From NCBI GenBank assembly GCA_017531315.1, contig JAFXLH010000100.1, forward strand, positions 1 through 40,422: a DNA stretch of 40,422 nucleotides, given 5' to 3'. The notes beneath the pieces were generated by a model. The model was given only the letters and a program-made list of their open reading frames with translations. It did not search any database and was not told the origin of the DNA. Shown piece after piece: positions 6,740 through 18,738 of the stretch; positions within the stretch are counted from its first letter, which is position 1; every line of letters begins with the position of its first letter. Made by a program: the position numbers and the translations under genes. This DNA is from Bacillota bacterium. Lineage in GTDB: Bacteria; Bacillota; Dehalobacteriia; UBA4068.

Positions 6740-8752
6740 ATGCCGCCGCGCAAAAAACGTTTCCGGATTTCGGCATTGGTCAGCTTGATGGCCAGCGGGC
6801 GGCCATGGGGGCAGGTGGCGCTGTTGGCGCTGGCATCCAGATCCTGGAACAGCTTCACCATATCCGTCATGTTCAGCAGCTGATTAGCCTTGACGGCGGA
6901 GCGGCAGGCAGCGCGGAACAGCTGGTCGGCACGCAAATGCGTGATATCTACCTGCTCATCACAGACTATATCCAGCAGGCGGCGCAGCAGCATATCCGGC
7001 TCGCTGTATACGTACCACTGCGGCACACCGCGCAGTACAAAGCTGTTATCGCCGAAGAATTCGAGGATGAAGCCAAGGTCGCGCAGATTGTTGATGCCGT
7101 CGATCAGCAGCAGCGTTTCTGCCGGGGTGAAGTCCAGCGCCAGCGGGATAGCCAGCTGCTGCGAGGCATTGCCGCAGGTCTTGGCCTTGGCGGCGATGCG
7201 CTCGTAAAGCACGCGCTCATGAGCGGCATGCTGGTCGATGAAGTAGACGCCGTCATCGGCGGCGGCCACGATATAGGTAAGGTCGATCTGCCCCAGCGGG
7301 CGCAGACGGGAAAAGACCAGCTTATCGCTGTCATCTGCTGCCTGAACCGCAGCTTGCGGCGCCACAGGCGGCGGCGCGAATACCGCGGGGGAGGCTGGTT
7401 CGGCCGGCTTGTCCTGCGGCAGCTGCAGCGGTTGCTCATCCGTCATGATCGGCGACACTACAGCTTTACTGTAACTGCTGCCGGCCAGCGGGCGCACAGC
7501 TTCGGCGGCGGTCATCAGCGGCTGGGGCTTGGGTTTGGCCGGCGGCTGCGGCATGGGCGTGGGCTGGGGTTTAGGTTGGCTCTCCGGCTGGCGGAACAGC
7601 TTTTCGTACAGATCGGGCTGCGTAAACTTGGGGGTGGCAAATTGCTCACGCTGCGGCTTTTGCTGGCTGCTGCGGGCTCTTTTTCGCTCTCGGCGGCAGC
7701 TTTTGGCGCCTTTTCCGGCAGGGTGATATTGAGGCGCGGCGCCAGCAATTCCTTTTTGTGCAGGGCATTGCGGATGGCTTCCGTCAGCTCTTCCTTGATC
7801 TTCTGCGGCTGGCGCAGCTTGATCTCTGTCTTGGCCGGGTGCACATTCACATCCAGCCAGCCGGGGTCGATCTGCAGATAGAGCAGCACCACCGGGAAGC
7901 GATGCTGCGGCAGTAGGGTGCGGTAGGCTTCGTCCACCATCAGCACCAGCTCGCGGCTCTTGACCCAGCGGTTGTTGACGAAAAACAGGTAATGGTTGCG
8001 GTTGGGGCGGGTCAGGTCGGGCAGCGAGATGAGGCCGGTGATATCCACCGTACCGCTGTACTGCACCGGCACCATGAAGTCCATCAGCTCTTTGCCATAC
8101 ACAGACTGCATAGCAGTGCTGTATTCGCCACTGCCGCTATGGAAAAAGAGGCGGCGGCCCTGCTGATAGAGGGAAAACGAAATATGCGGGTGCGAAAGCG
8201 CTTCTTTGGTCACCACATCGCTGATGACGGCCATTTCCCGCGTGGGAGTTTTGAGGAATTTTTTGCGTGCCGGGGCATTGTAGAAGAGGCGGTCGACCAA
8301 AATGGTAGTGCCTTCCGGTGCACCGTAGGGCTGCGGCTGCTCCGGTTTGCCGCCGCGCACTTCCATACGGTAGGCCTCCAGCGCACCGCGCACCTTGGAG
8401 GTGACGGTCATCTCGCTTACAGAAGCGATAGCCGGCAGCGCTTCACCGCGGAAGCCCAAAGTTGCCAGCGAATCGAGGTCGGAAAACTCGCGCAGCTTGC
8501 TGGTGGCATGGCGCTGCATGGCGCATACCATATCGGCAGGCACCATACCGCAGCCGTTATCGCTAACGGAGATCTTTTCACAGTTAGCATCGTGGATGCG
8601 CACTTCGATGCGGGTCGCCCCGGAATCGATGGCGTTTTCCACCAGCTCTTTTACTACGGAAGCAGGGCGTTCTACCACTTCACCGGTGGCGATCTGATTG
8701 GCCGTCAGCGAATCCAGCAGGCGCACTATTCCCTGTTGCGTGTTTTCGCTCA

Positions 8753-8753
<1 letters not shown>
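6736..8753 (-). pseudogene. mutL: DNA mismatch repair protein MutL, reading frame interrupted in the interdomain linker (true frameshift or sequencing error)
   Basis: The N-terminal GHKL ATPase ORF (7515-8753, VKELVENAIDSGAT) and the C-terminal dimerisation/endonuclease ORF (6736-7554, DQHAAHERVLYE at about 7201-7236) are in different frames. The C-terminal frame stays open upstream to at least ~7740. Judged by which frame reads sensibly, the switch lies at about 7625-7665. The start ATG at 8753 overlaps the mutS stop (TAATG). Confidence 0.65.
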
Positions 8754-11350
<2,597 letters not shown>

Positions 11351-11366
11351 GTATCATCACTCCGTT

Positions 11367-12014
11367 TTAGATAATGTTCTGCACTTCGCGGAACTGAGTG
11401 GGAGAATAGTCGGTCAGCACGATCTGGTCATTACGCACCAGCGCCAGCTTCAGCGGCGAAGAAGCCACTTCCGGCGGCACGGTGGCTACCAGATTAGCGA
11501 TACGTACCTGCTGCACGGCCATGGTGTGTACCAGAATAAAGGCATTGCGGTCGCCTTCTGCACCGGCGTGCAGGATACCGCGGCAAGTGCCCATAACGAT
11601 AATGCTGCCGGTAGCTACGACTTCCGCGCTGTTGTTGATATCGCCCATGATGACGGCATTGCCGCGCACATTGATGCGGGTGCCGGTGCGGATACTGCGG
11701 GTGATCAGCACGCTGCCGCCGGCCTGAGCCTGATAGACCAGCTCGGACTGTTCGCCCTTGGAATCATTCTTAACAGAAGCTTTGCCGGGGCGCAGCTGGT
11801 ATTTTTCCATAATACCGGCCAAAATGGAAAGCTCTTCTTCGTTGAAGTTGAAGTGTTCGGCAATAATGTATTCTGCATGGACAAAAAAGTCGCCGCTGTT
11901 CATCAGCTTGTCTTCCAAAGCCAGGCAGATTTCCTTAAACGTGGCATTTTCTCTATTGAAGGTAAAAACCAAGCCTGAACTGGTACCTTTAATGCTGACT
12001 AAATTCTTATTCAT
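11367..12014 (-). CDS. minC: Septum site-determining protein MinC
   Basis: C-terminal beta-helix (RSIRTGTRINVRGNAVIMGDINNSAEVVATGSIIVMG). ATG 12014 is preceded by GGAGG. There is only a 16-nt gap to mutS, and no minD or minE is nearby. Confidence 0.8.
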   Translation of the reverse strand: MNKNLVSIKGTSSGLVFTFNRENATFKEICLALEDKLMNSGDFFVHAEYIIAEHFNFNEEELSILAGIMEKYQLRPGKASVKNDSKGEQSELVYQAQAGGSVLITRSIRTGTRINVRGNAVIMGDINNSAEVVATGSIIVMGTCRGILHAGAEGDRNAFILVHTMAVQQVRIANLVATVPPEVASSPLKLALVRNDQIVLTDYSPTQFREVQNII

Positions 12015-12098
12015 AGCAACCTCCATATTCCGATTTAACATTTATAAATTCGCTGCTATTTGCCGTTTTTCCTGCACTATTTTGCCAAAGGAGCAATT

Positions 12099-12872
12099 AT
12101 GAGATTTGGTTTTGACGAAATTAATAAGCGTATGCGTAAAGCTATTATCGCCTATGATATGATCGCCGACGATACCCCGATCATGGTCGGCTTGTCCGGC
12201 GGCAAAGATTCGATGGTGCTGCTCTATGCCTTAAAGCAGTTCCAGCGCATCTCCAAATACAAATTCACGCTGGCGGCCGGGCATATTTCGCTCGGCTTCC
12301 CCGGCGATGACACGGAGCCGCTGCGCCGCTACTGTGAAGAGCTGGATGTGCCCTTTTATTGCGAAAAGTCGCAGATCGGCGAAGTCGTCTTTGATGTGCG
12401 GCAGGAAAGCAATCCCTGTTCGCTTTGCGCCAAGATGCGCCGCGGCGCGCTGAACAATCTGGCCAAGGATAACGGCTTTGGCAAAGTGGCGCTGGGACAT
12501 CATCAGGACGATGCAGCAGAAACGCTGCTGCTGAATATCTTCTTCGAAGGCCGCCTCGGCTCGTTCAACCCCGTTACTTATCTCGACCGCATGGATCTCA
12601 CTGTGATCCGCCCCTTCGTCTATGTGCCGGAAGCACAGATCTCCTACTTCGCCCGCAAGCAGAATCTGCCGGTGCTGCAGAGCAACTGCCCGCAGAATTG
12701 CGTCGGCAAGCGGCAGGAGATGAAGGCGATATTGCAGCAGCTGGAAGAGCTGGCGCCCTACGGCAAAGACCGCCTGGTGGGTGCGCTGGACCGCCAGTAC
12801 GGCCCGCGCTGGGACGGACGCACGCTGCCTGCCAATCTGCCGGCGGAAGAAAAGAGAGAGGATAGCAAATGA
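12099..12872 (+). CDS. ttcA: PP-loop ATPase, TtcA-family tRNA 2-thiocytidine-type thiolase
   Basis: SGGKDS PP-loop, Cys motifs NPCSLCAKMRRG and SNCPQNC, and the HHQDD motif. ATG 12099 is preceded by AAAGGAG. Confidence 0.7.
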   Translation: MRFGFDEINKRMRKAIIAYDMIADDTPIMVGLSGGKDSMVLLYALKQFQRISKYKFTLAAGHISLGFPGDDTEPLRRYCEELDVPFYCEKSQIGEVVFDVRQESNPCSLCAKMRRGALNNLAKDNGFGKVALGHHQDDAAETLLLNIFFEGRLGSFNPVTYLDRMDLTVIRPFVYVPEAQISYFARKQNLPVLQSNCPQNCVGKRQEMKAILQQLEELAPYGKDRLVGALDRQYGPRWDGRTLPANLPAEEKREDSK

Positions 12873-13288
12873 AACTGCTGGTAAGCGCCTGTCTGCTGGG
12901 CCACAACTGCAAATATAACGGCGGCAACAACGATAATGCCAAAGTGCACCGCTTTTTGGCGGATAAAGACTATATCATCTTCTGCCCGGAATCAGCCTCC
13001 GGTCTCCCCTGCCCGCGTGATCCGGCGGAAATCCAGGGTGAAGCGGTTATCGACCGCAGCGGCAAAGATGTGACGGAATACTTCCACCGCGGCGCGCAAA
13101 TGGCGCTGGAACTGTGCCAAAAGCACGGCATCGATACCGCCCTGCTCAAAGAAAGCAGCCCGTCCTGCGGCTCGCATCTCATCTACGACGGCACTTTCAG
13201 CAAAAAGAAACTGCCCGGCCGGGGCATCACCGCCCGTCTGCTGGCCGCTCACGGCATCCGGCTGCTTTCTGAAGAGGATCTCGACTGA
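12869..13288 (+). CDS. DUF523 protein (TudS-type [4Fe-4S] thiouracil desulfidase family)
   Basis: 139 aa with SACLLGHNCKYNGG, CPE..GLPCPR and SSPSCGS, the three Cys-containing motifs typical of DUF523. Its ATG overlaps the ttcA-like stop (ATGA at 12869-12872). Confidence 0.8.
   Translation: MKLLVSACLLGHNCKYNGGNNDNAKVHRFLADKDYIIFCPESASGLPCPRDPAEIQGEAVIDRSGKDVTEYFHRGAQMALELCQKHGIDTALLKESSPSCGSHLIYDGTFSKKKLPGRGITARLLAAHGIRLLSEEDLD
13004..13015 (-). repeat. Polar motif copy cGGGCAGGGGAG
   Basis: 11/12 match, antisense to the plus-strand DUF523 gene. Confidence 0.9.
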
Positions 13289-13328
13289 TATATTCTACTA
13301 CCAAAGCTGCAAAATAATGCCAAAAACT

Positions 13329-13358
13329 AAGAGGGAACACAAAAGTGTTCCCTCTTTT
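13329..13358. terminator. Bidirectional terminator between DUF523 gene and the phosphoesterase gene
   Basis: A perfect 12-bp stem, AAGAGGGAACAC-aaaa-GTGTTCCCTCTT, followed by TTAT. Confidence 0.85.
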
Positions 13359-13365
13359 ATATTTG

Positions 13366-14505
13366 CTATTGCGGCAGGCTGAGCTCGATCAGCACCACTT
13401 CCGCATCCGAACCCACGCGCAGCGGCGGGCCCCAGGTGCCGATGCCGGAGGTGACAATTACCTGCGGCGAGGCAGCATCTTTCTGATAATAGCCGTAATC
13501 CACCTCGTACAGGGCATCGGTAATCAGGCTGCCGGGGAAAACTTGTCCGCGATGCGTGTGCCCGCACAGGATAAGGTCGATGCTGTCATCGTATTCGCCG
13601 ATATTGCCCGGCTGATGGTCGAGCAGCAGCACCGGCAGCTCAGAATCGTAGATGCCGCTGAGGGCGGTGCGCTTATCGCCCTGCGCGCCGATGGGCGTGC
13701 TGTCGCGGCGGCCGGCCAGCAGCAGGCGCTCATCCACCACCACCGCCTCATCCAGCAGCAGGCGGATGTTGGCCGCAGCCAGAAACTCCGTCATCTGTGC
13801 ATAGGCGCTGCCGGCGTCATGATTGCCCAGGCAGGCATATACGCCGAACGGCGCCTCGAGCTTGCGGAAAACAGCCTGCAAAGCAGCCGGATCATCCAGC
13901 GAAACATAGGCGCTGTTGAAAATATCACCGGCGATGCAGACAAGATGCGGCTGCGTGGCGTTTACCGCCGCTACCACCTTTTCCAACCGTCCGGTGTCCA
14001 TGATATAGCCTAAGTGGATATCGCTGATCAGCGCCACTTTCATCGCAGAGGCGCCGCCGCCATCCAAGGCCACATCGTATTCCTTCACCCGAATATCCGC
14101 GGCATGCCAGATGCCGTAGACCGAGACAAGCAGCGCCAGCGCTACTGCTGCAGAAGAGCAGATCAGCCGCAGTCGGGCCGGCAACGGGCACGGAACGATA
14201 TGCAGCAGCTGCAGCAGCCCATAGACCAACGCCAGAGCGCACATAATCAGCGCTAGATAAAAGAAAATGCCGACCGCATAGTGGCTCATAGCATACAACC
14301 AGCGCGGCAAAGCCAGCCGCGCGCCATGGCTGCAGATGAATACTGCCAAAAAGCCAAAAACGATCAGCACATAAATGCAGGTAAACAGTATGGGGTTAAT
14401 GGGGACAGAAACAACTTTCAGCCACAGGTACAGCTGGCGGCCGGTAACGCCTATCAGCGCCCCCAGCAGCAACAGCACCGTGACAAAGAATAATCCGATC
14501 AGCAA
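13366..14505 (-). CDS. Membrane-anchored metallophosphoesterase (calcineurin-like, YkuE-like)
   Basis: About 4 N-terminal TM helices followed by ISDIHLG, GDIF, GNHD and GHTHRGQ motifs. A TTG start at 14505 lies 7 nt after AGAGG. Confidence 0.8.
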   Translation of the reverse strand: MLIGLFFVTVLLLLGALIGVTGRQLYLWLKVVSVPINPILFTCIYVLIVFGFLAVFICSHGARLALPRWLYAMSHYAVGIFFYLALIMCALALVYGLLQLLHIVPCPLPARLRLICSSAAVALALLVSVYGIWHAADIRVKEYDVALDGGGASAMKVALISDIHLGYIMDTGRLEKVVAAVNATQPHLVCIAGDIFNSAYVSLDDPAALQAVFRKLEAPFGVYACLGNHDAGSAYAQMTEFLAAANIRLLLDEAVVVDERLLLAGRRDSTPIGAQGDKRTALSGIYDSELPVLLLDHQPGNIGEYDDSIDLILCGHTHRGQVFPGSLITDALYEVDYGYYQKDAASPQVIVTSGIGTWGPPLRVGSDAEVVLIELSLPQ

Positions 14506-14507
14506 AT

Positions 14508-15365
14508 TTATGCCTCTTTTCTGCAGCCGATAATCTCGCCGACATGAACAGGATACTCATCATTGTGCAGCATGGCATTACGCAGCTCTTCAGAAAAGAC
14601 CATATCATCATGTTCCAGCAGAACGATGATAGTAGAGCCGCCGAACTCAAACAGACCTTTTTCTTCGCCGAAATTGAAATCGCCGGCAGATTTGTGGTTG
14701 ATGATGCGGCCGATCAGCATAGCGCCGACCTCTACCTGCGTTACCGTGCCAAAGTTGCTGGTCTGCATCTCGGTGCAAACGCGGGTATTCTGGATAAATA
14801 CCGGGTACCGCTTCTGCGCAATGGGGCGTACAGTATGCAGTATGCCCTTGATCGGCTTTTGCGAAACGATAGAACCCTCGTCAAAATAGGAATAGCGGTG
14901 ATAATCATCCGGAGTCAGGCGGAAAATGAGGCAGGTGCCGTTGGCATAGCGCTGCGCCATCTCTTCGCTATCCAGCAGATCGGCCAGCGAATAGATGGAG
15001 TTTTTGATGCGGAAAGTGCCGTTATGCGGCATCGGATATACCGAGAGCTTGCCATCGCAAGGCGCATAAAAAGCGGCTTCGTTACGCGCTTCTTCTTGCG
15101 GGAAGGGTGACTCCTGCAGTTTGCGGGTAAAGAACGCATTGAAATCCGAATAATACTGCTCCTTGAAGCGGCTCATGTCGATATTATATTTGCGAATGAA
15201 CTTGGAAATATAATAGCGCGACATCTTACGCTCAATAAGCCAGGCCAGCATATTGGACATAAAGGGGCGGGTAAGTAATTTCAAGCATACACGACCGACC
15301 GGATTGTTATACAAAAACCGGCTGGATCGAGCTTCTTTACCTGCATTTCGTACCTGATTACTCAT
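14508..15365 (-). CDS. psd: Phosphatidylserine decarboxylase proenzyme
   Basis: 285 aa with a C-terminal FEFGGSTIIV self-cleavage (GS/GST) motif. RBS is GAGAGG. Confidence 0.85.
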   Translation of the reverse strand: MSNQVRNAGKEARSSRFLYNNPVGRVCLKLLTRPFMSNMLAWLIERKMSRYYISKFIRKYNIDMSRFKEQYYSDFNAFFTRKLQESPFPQEEARNEAAFYAPCDGKLSVYPMPHNGTFRIKNSIYSLADLLDSEEMAQRYANGTCLIFRLTPDDYHRYSYFDEGSIVSQKPIKGILHTVRPIAQKRYPVFIQNTRVCTEMQTSNFGTVTQVEVGAMLIGRIINHKSAGDFNFGEEKGLFEFGGSTIIVLLEHDDMVFSEELRNAMLHNDEYPVHVGEIIGCRKEA

Positions 15366-15380
15366 TAATACCTCTCGTGC

Positions 15381-15557
15381 TCAATCTAAAACCAAAACAA
15401 AGTGTTCCTTATAGCAGCCGCATTCCGGGCAACGCCATTGATCGGAGAACGACTCAAACTTGGTTCCCTTTTCAATATCAAAATCCGCTTCGCCCGCTTC
15501 TTCATTATAGCGATAGCCGCAAATACTGCATTCGTAGATCTGATACATTTCCGTCAT
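15381..15557 (-). CDS. Rubredoxin-type iron-sulfur protein
   Basis: 58 aa (MTEMYQIYECSICGY...WRCPECGC) with two CxxCG knuckles. The longer ORF-track start would overlap rsmA. Confidence 0.8.
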   Translation of the reverse strand: MTEMYQIYECSICGYRYNEEAGEADFDIEKGTKFESFSDQWRCPECGCYKEHFVLVLD

Positions 15558-15562
15558 CGGCC

Positions 15563-16402
15563 TCAAGCCTCCAACTGCTGCCAAATACGGCAAAAATCAT
15601 CCAGTTTAAGCTGCTCGGCGCGCACATTGGCAGCCAAACCCGCGCCGATGAGTTTTTCCTGCCAGAACGCCTTATCTTTGCCCAGATAGCCGTTTAGGAC
15701 ATTGGGCAGAGTCTTGCGGCGCTGACTGAAAGCGGCTTCGATAAGCGCAAACAGCGGCTGCTGCGGTACATCCGGCAGCTCTTCGCGGCGGGTCAGCGTG
15801 ATTACAGCCGAATCCACCGCCGGCGCCGGCAGGAAGCAGCCGGGCGGCAGCTCAAATTCGTAGCGGCTCACCGCATAATAGTCGATCATCAATGCCAGCG
15901 GCGAGCTTTCCTTGCGGTTTGCCGTCAGCTTTTTCGCCACTTCTTTTTGCATCATCAGACACATCTTATGCCAGGGCAGCGGCAAAAAGCAGCGAATCAG
16001 CGGCGAAGTGATGTAATAGGGCAGATTGCCCACGATGCAGCACTTCTCTCTCCCCTGCTGCTGCATGAATGCAGCATAGTCAAAGGTGAGCGCATCGGCA
16101 TTGATGACATGAACGAGATCATTTTCGGCAAAAAACTGCTCCAGATGGCGGCAGAAGCGCTTATCCAGTTCTACCAATGCGGTAGGCAGCTCTTTTTTCG
16201 CCAGCAGCTGGCTGATAGCGCCCAGACCGGGGCCGATCTCGAACAGGCAGGCTTGCGGCTCGGCAGCGGCCAGCGCGGCGATCTGCTGCGCTGCTGCGGC
16301 ATCGATGAGGAAGTTCTGCCCCAGATCATGATTGGCCTGCCATTTGTGCGCCTGCAGGATCGCTTCGGTAGCGGCGCGTCCGGCAATCAGTTTTTCGCTC
16401 AT
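15563..16402 (-). CDS. rsmA: 16S rRNA (adenine1518/1519-N6)-dimethyltransferase RsmA/KsgA
   Basis: LGQNFLID and EIGPGLGA SAM-binding motifs. Sits in the conserved tatD-yabE-ksgA neighbourhood. Confidence 0.95.
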   Translation of the reverse strand: MSEKLIAGRAATEAILQAHKWQANHDLGQNFLIDAAAAQQIAALAAAEPQACLFEIGPGLGAISQLLAKKELPTALVELDKRFCRHLEQFFAENDLVHVINADALTFDYAAFMQQQGREKCCIVGNLPYYITSPLIRCFLPLPWHKMCLMMQKEVAKKLTANRKESSPLALMIDYYAVSRYEFELPPGCFLPAPAVDSAVITLTRREELPDVPQQPLFALIEAAFSQRRKTLPNVLNGYLGKDKAFWQEKLIGAGLAANVRAEQLKLDDFCRIWQQLEA

Positions 16403-16413
16403 AATCTACTCCG

Positions 16414-17748
16414 TTACAGGGTGGGAATGGAAATAACGTAGGCCGAGCCTTCCCAAGTGCCAAAGGCTTCTGCCTGCTCAACAGTATCAAAGCCCAGCAA
16501 AATGCTGTTATTGACCACATACTCGGAAGTACCGCTGGCTACGGCAAAACCGTAGTTTTCCACGTAAACCACCGAGCCAAGGGGAATGATCTGCGGATCG
16601 ACGATCATCGTGCCATAGCCGTAGCTGGCTACATTAAGCGTTTCGTAAGATTCTTCCGTATAGCAGTAGCCGGTAGCGATAATATCGCGCGTTTCCAAAT
16701 AGGCAAAGGATACGCCGCCGGCGGTGGTGGCGGTCTTCATGCCGAAAGCATAGGCATCTTCGCCGCTGACATAATCGGTGCCGACCAGCGAAGTACCGTA
16801 TTCGATGACCATCGGCTCAGCTTCAACGGTAATATTCTCTTCCGTCAGAACGCGGGAAATCTCTTCGTTATTGTGATAGGTGATCTCATATACGCTTTCG
16901 CGCTCGCCGGGCAAACCAATGCTGGACTGGCGCATCTCACCGGCCATCAGCTCAGTGGATTCAACATAGATGATAGGCGGCTCGATCTCTTCGGTTTCCA
17001 GCAGCTGCTCCACACGCACGCGGGTGATGCTGACTTCGCCATCGGTATAGAGAATGGTCTCGGCATCGGGAGAAATGATATCCATCTCACCCAGCTCAAT
17101 ATCATTGGCGGCAAGGATCTCGCGGATAGTACCCGGAGTAGTGTTGACCATAACATCAATACGGCCGATATGTACGGTAACAGGGAAGCTGCGACCGACA
17201 TTGATGACCATACCGGCACGGATGCGGCGGGAAAGGTCGGTATCAATGGTATCCTGGTCAGAAAGCTCGATGTGCATTTCCTGCAGCAAAGCACCGACCG
17301 TGGTGCTGTTGGATGCGACCTCATATTCCTGTCCGTTGATCACGACCGTGACCTGCTTGGCCGCGCGGGTATCGAAATCGGCACCGATCAGCGCCGTGGG
17401 ATCATTCAGCGTCATCATACGCGGCGCCTGCCCAAACATGGAAGTAGCACCAAAGCCGATAACGATCAGGCACAGCAGCAATACCGGCGCGAACAAAGGC
17501 TTCAGCCCCTTCTTGCTATTATTGCGAAACACCGGATTATCCGGGGCTTTTTCCGGCGGGGCAGGCATATTGGCAGCAGCATTTTGCGGCGGTTCCGGGG
17601 CGGCAGGCTCTTCGATAATCACCTGCTCTTCAACCTCGGCCACCGGCTCGGCTTCAGCGGCAGCATCTGCCGTCAGATCCACCACCGAGGCTTCGGTCAA
17701 TTCGCCCAGATCCTGCATCAGCAAATCTGCAGCGGTACGTCTTTTCAT
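16414..17748 (-). CDS. YabE-like cell-wall protein (TM anchor, DUF348 repeats, G5 domain, C-terminal 3D/RlpA-like domain)
   Basis: Domain order was recognised by eye. The position between tatD and rsmA matches B. subtilis yabE. ATG 17748 is preceded by GGAGAGGGAGAG. Confidence 0.75.
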   Translation of the reverse strand: MKRRTAADLLMQDLGELTEASVVDLTADAAAEAEPVAEVEEQVIIEEPAAPEPPQNAAANMPAPPEKAPDNPVFRNNSKKGLKPLFAPVLLLCLIVIGFGATSMFGQAPRMMTLNDPTALIGADFDTRAAKQVTVVINGQEYEVASNSTTVGALLQEMHIELSDQDTIDTDLSRRIRAGMVINVGRSFPVTVHIGRIDVMVNTTPGTIREILAANDIELGEMDIISPDAETILYTDGEVSITRVRVEQLLETEEIEPPIIYVESTELMAGEMRQSSIGLPGERESVYEITYHNNEEISRVLTEENITVEAEPMVIEYGTSLVGTDYVSGEDAYAFGMKTATTAGGVSFAYLETRDIIATGYCYTEESYETLNVASYGYGTMIVDPQIIPLGSVVYVENYGFAVASGTSEYVVNNSILLGFDTVEQAEAFGTWEGSAYVISIPTL

Positions 17749-17835
17749 AAATCTCTCCCTCTCCAAAGGGGTAGAGTTGCGATAACTCTCCAAGCTATTG
17801 GACTGCCGGAAACTGATATTTGTTCCAACCATATA

Positions 17836-17864
17836 ATTTTACAATATGCAGCCCAAATAGTCAA
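17836..17864 (-). promoter_or_regulatory. Sigma-A promoter upstream of the yabE-like gene
   Basis: Minus strand reads TTGACT-17 nt-TAAAAT. Confidence 0.6.
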
Positions 17865-17876
17865 ATTACTTATCAA

Positions 17877-18662
17877 TTATAGAGCTATATTAAATACTTT
17901 ACAGGCATTGCGGTAAGTAATATCCGCCAGCTCTTCTACGGAAATGCCCTTGATCTCGGCCAGTTTTTCTGCCGTGTAGCACATACGCGCCGGCTCATTG
18001 GTCTTGCCGCGGAACGGTACCGGCGTCATATAGGGCGCATCGGTCTCGATCAGCAGCATATCCAGCGGTACGGCCGCCGCGGCTTCCAGCGGATGCACCG
18101 CATTTTTGAAAGTGACTGCGCCGCCGAATGCCACCATAAAGCCCAGCTTGACACATTCTCTGGCCATCTCGGCGCTGCCGGAGAAGCAGTGGAAGATGCC
18201 CCCGTTGACGCCGCCGTTATGCTTTTTGATGATATCCAGCGTATCCTGATGCGCTTCGCGGTCGTGGATGATGATGGGCTTTTTCAGCTCTTTGGCCGCC
18301 TCTATCTGCAGCGCAAAGGCCTCCCGCTGTACATCGCGCGGAGAATTGTCATAATGATAGTCCAGCCCGATCTCGCCCCATGCAACCACCTGCGGCAGCT
18401 GTGCCAGCTCTTTCAGGCGTTCCAGCATCTTGGCGTCCAGAGAATCGGCATCATGCGGATGCACGCCCACCGCCGCGTAAATGCGGCCGGGGTAGCGCTC
18501 GGCCAGGCGTACGCTCATCAGCGAGGACGGCCAGTCGCAGCCGATGTTGGTGATGCGTTCCACGCCTGCTTCGGCAGCGCGCTGCAGCACATCCTCCAGG
18601 TCGCCATACAGTTTTTGATCGTCCAGATGACAGTGGCTGTCAAATAAACGCAGTTTTTCCAT
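17877..18662 (-). CDS. tatD: TatD-family metal-dependent DNase/hydrolase (YabD)
   Basis: N-terminal FDSHCHLDD, then IGLDYHY and ETDAPY motifs. Confidence 0.93.
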   Translation of the reverse strand: MEKLRLFDSHCHLDDQKLYGDLEDVLQRAAEAGVERITNIGCDWPSSLMSVRLAERYPGRIYAAVGVHPHDADSLDAKMLERLKELAQLPQVVAWGEIGLDYHYDNSPRDVQREAFALQIEAAKELKKPIIIHDREAHQDTLDIIKKHNGGVNGGIFHCFSGSAEMARECVKLGFMVAFGGAVTFKNAVHPLEAAAAVPLDMLLIETDAPYMTPVPFRGKTNEPARMCYTAEKLAEIKGISVEELADITYRNACKVFNIAL

Positions 18663-18738
18663 AGTTTACCTCTTGCAGATAAAACCACAATAAGGGACGG
18701 GTGCTGTGCCCATCCCTTATCGTATCAATTTTGTAAAA

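Noticed and set aside
15100-15107. GGGAAGGG on the plus strand inside psd. It fits the degenerate E. coli KOPS pattern GGGNAGGG but points away from dif.
   Set aside because: It lacks the extended flanks (GGGGCAGGGGAG) shared by the nine oriented copies and has A rather than C at the variable position. I treat it as a chance occurrence. It does show that only the specific GGGCAGGG word, not GGGNAGGG in general, is perfectly polarised here.
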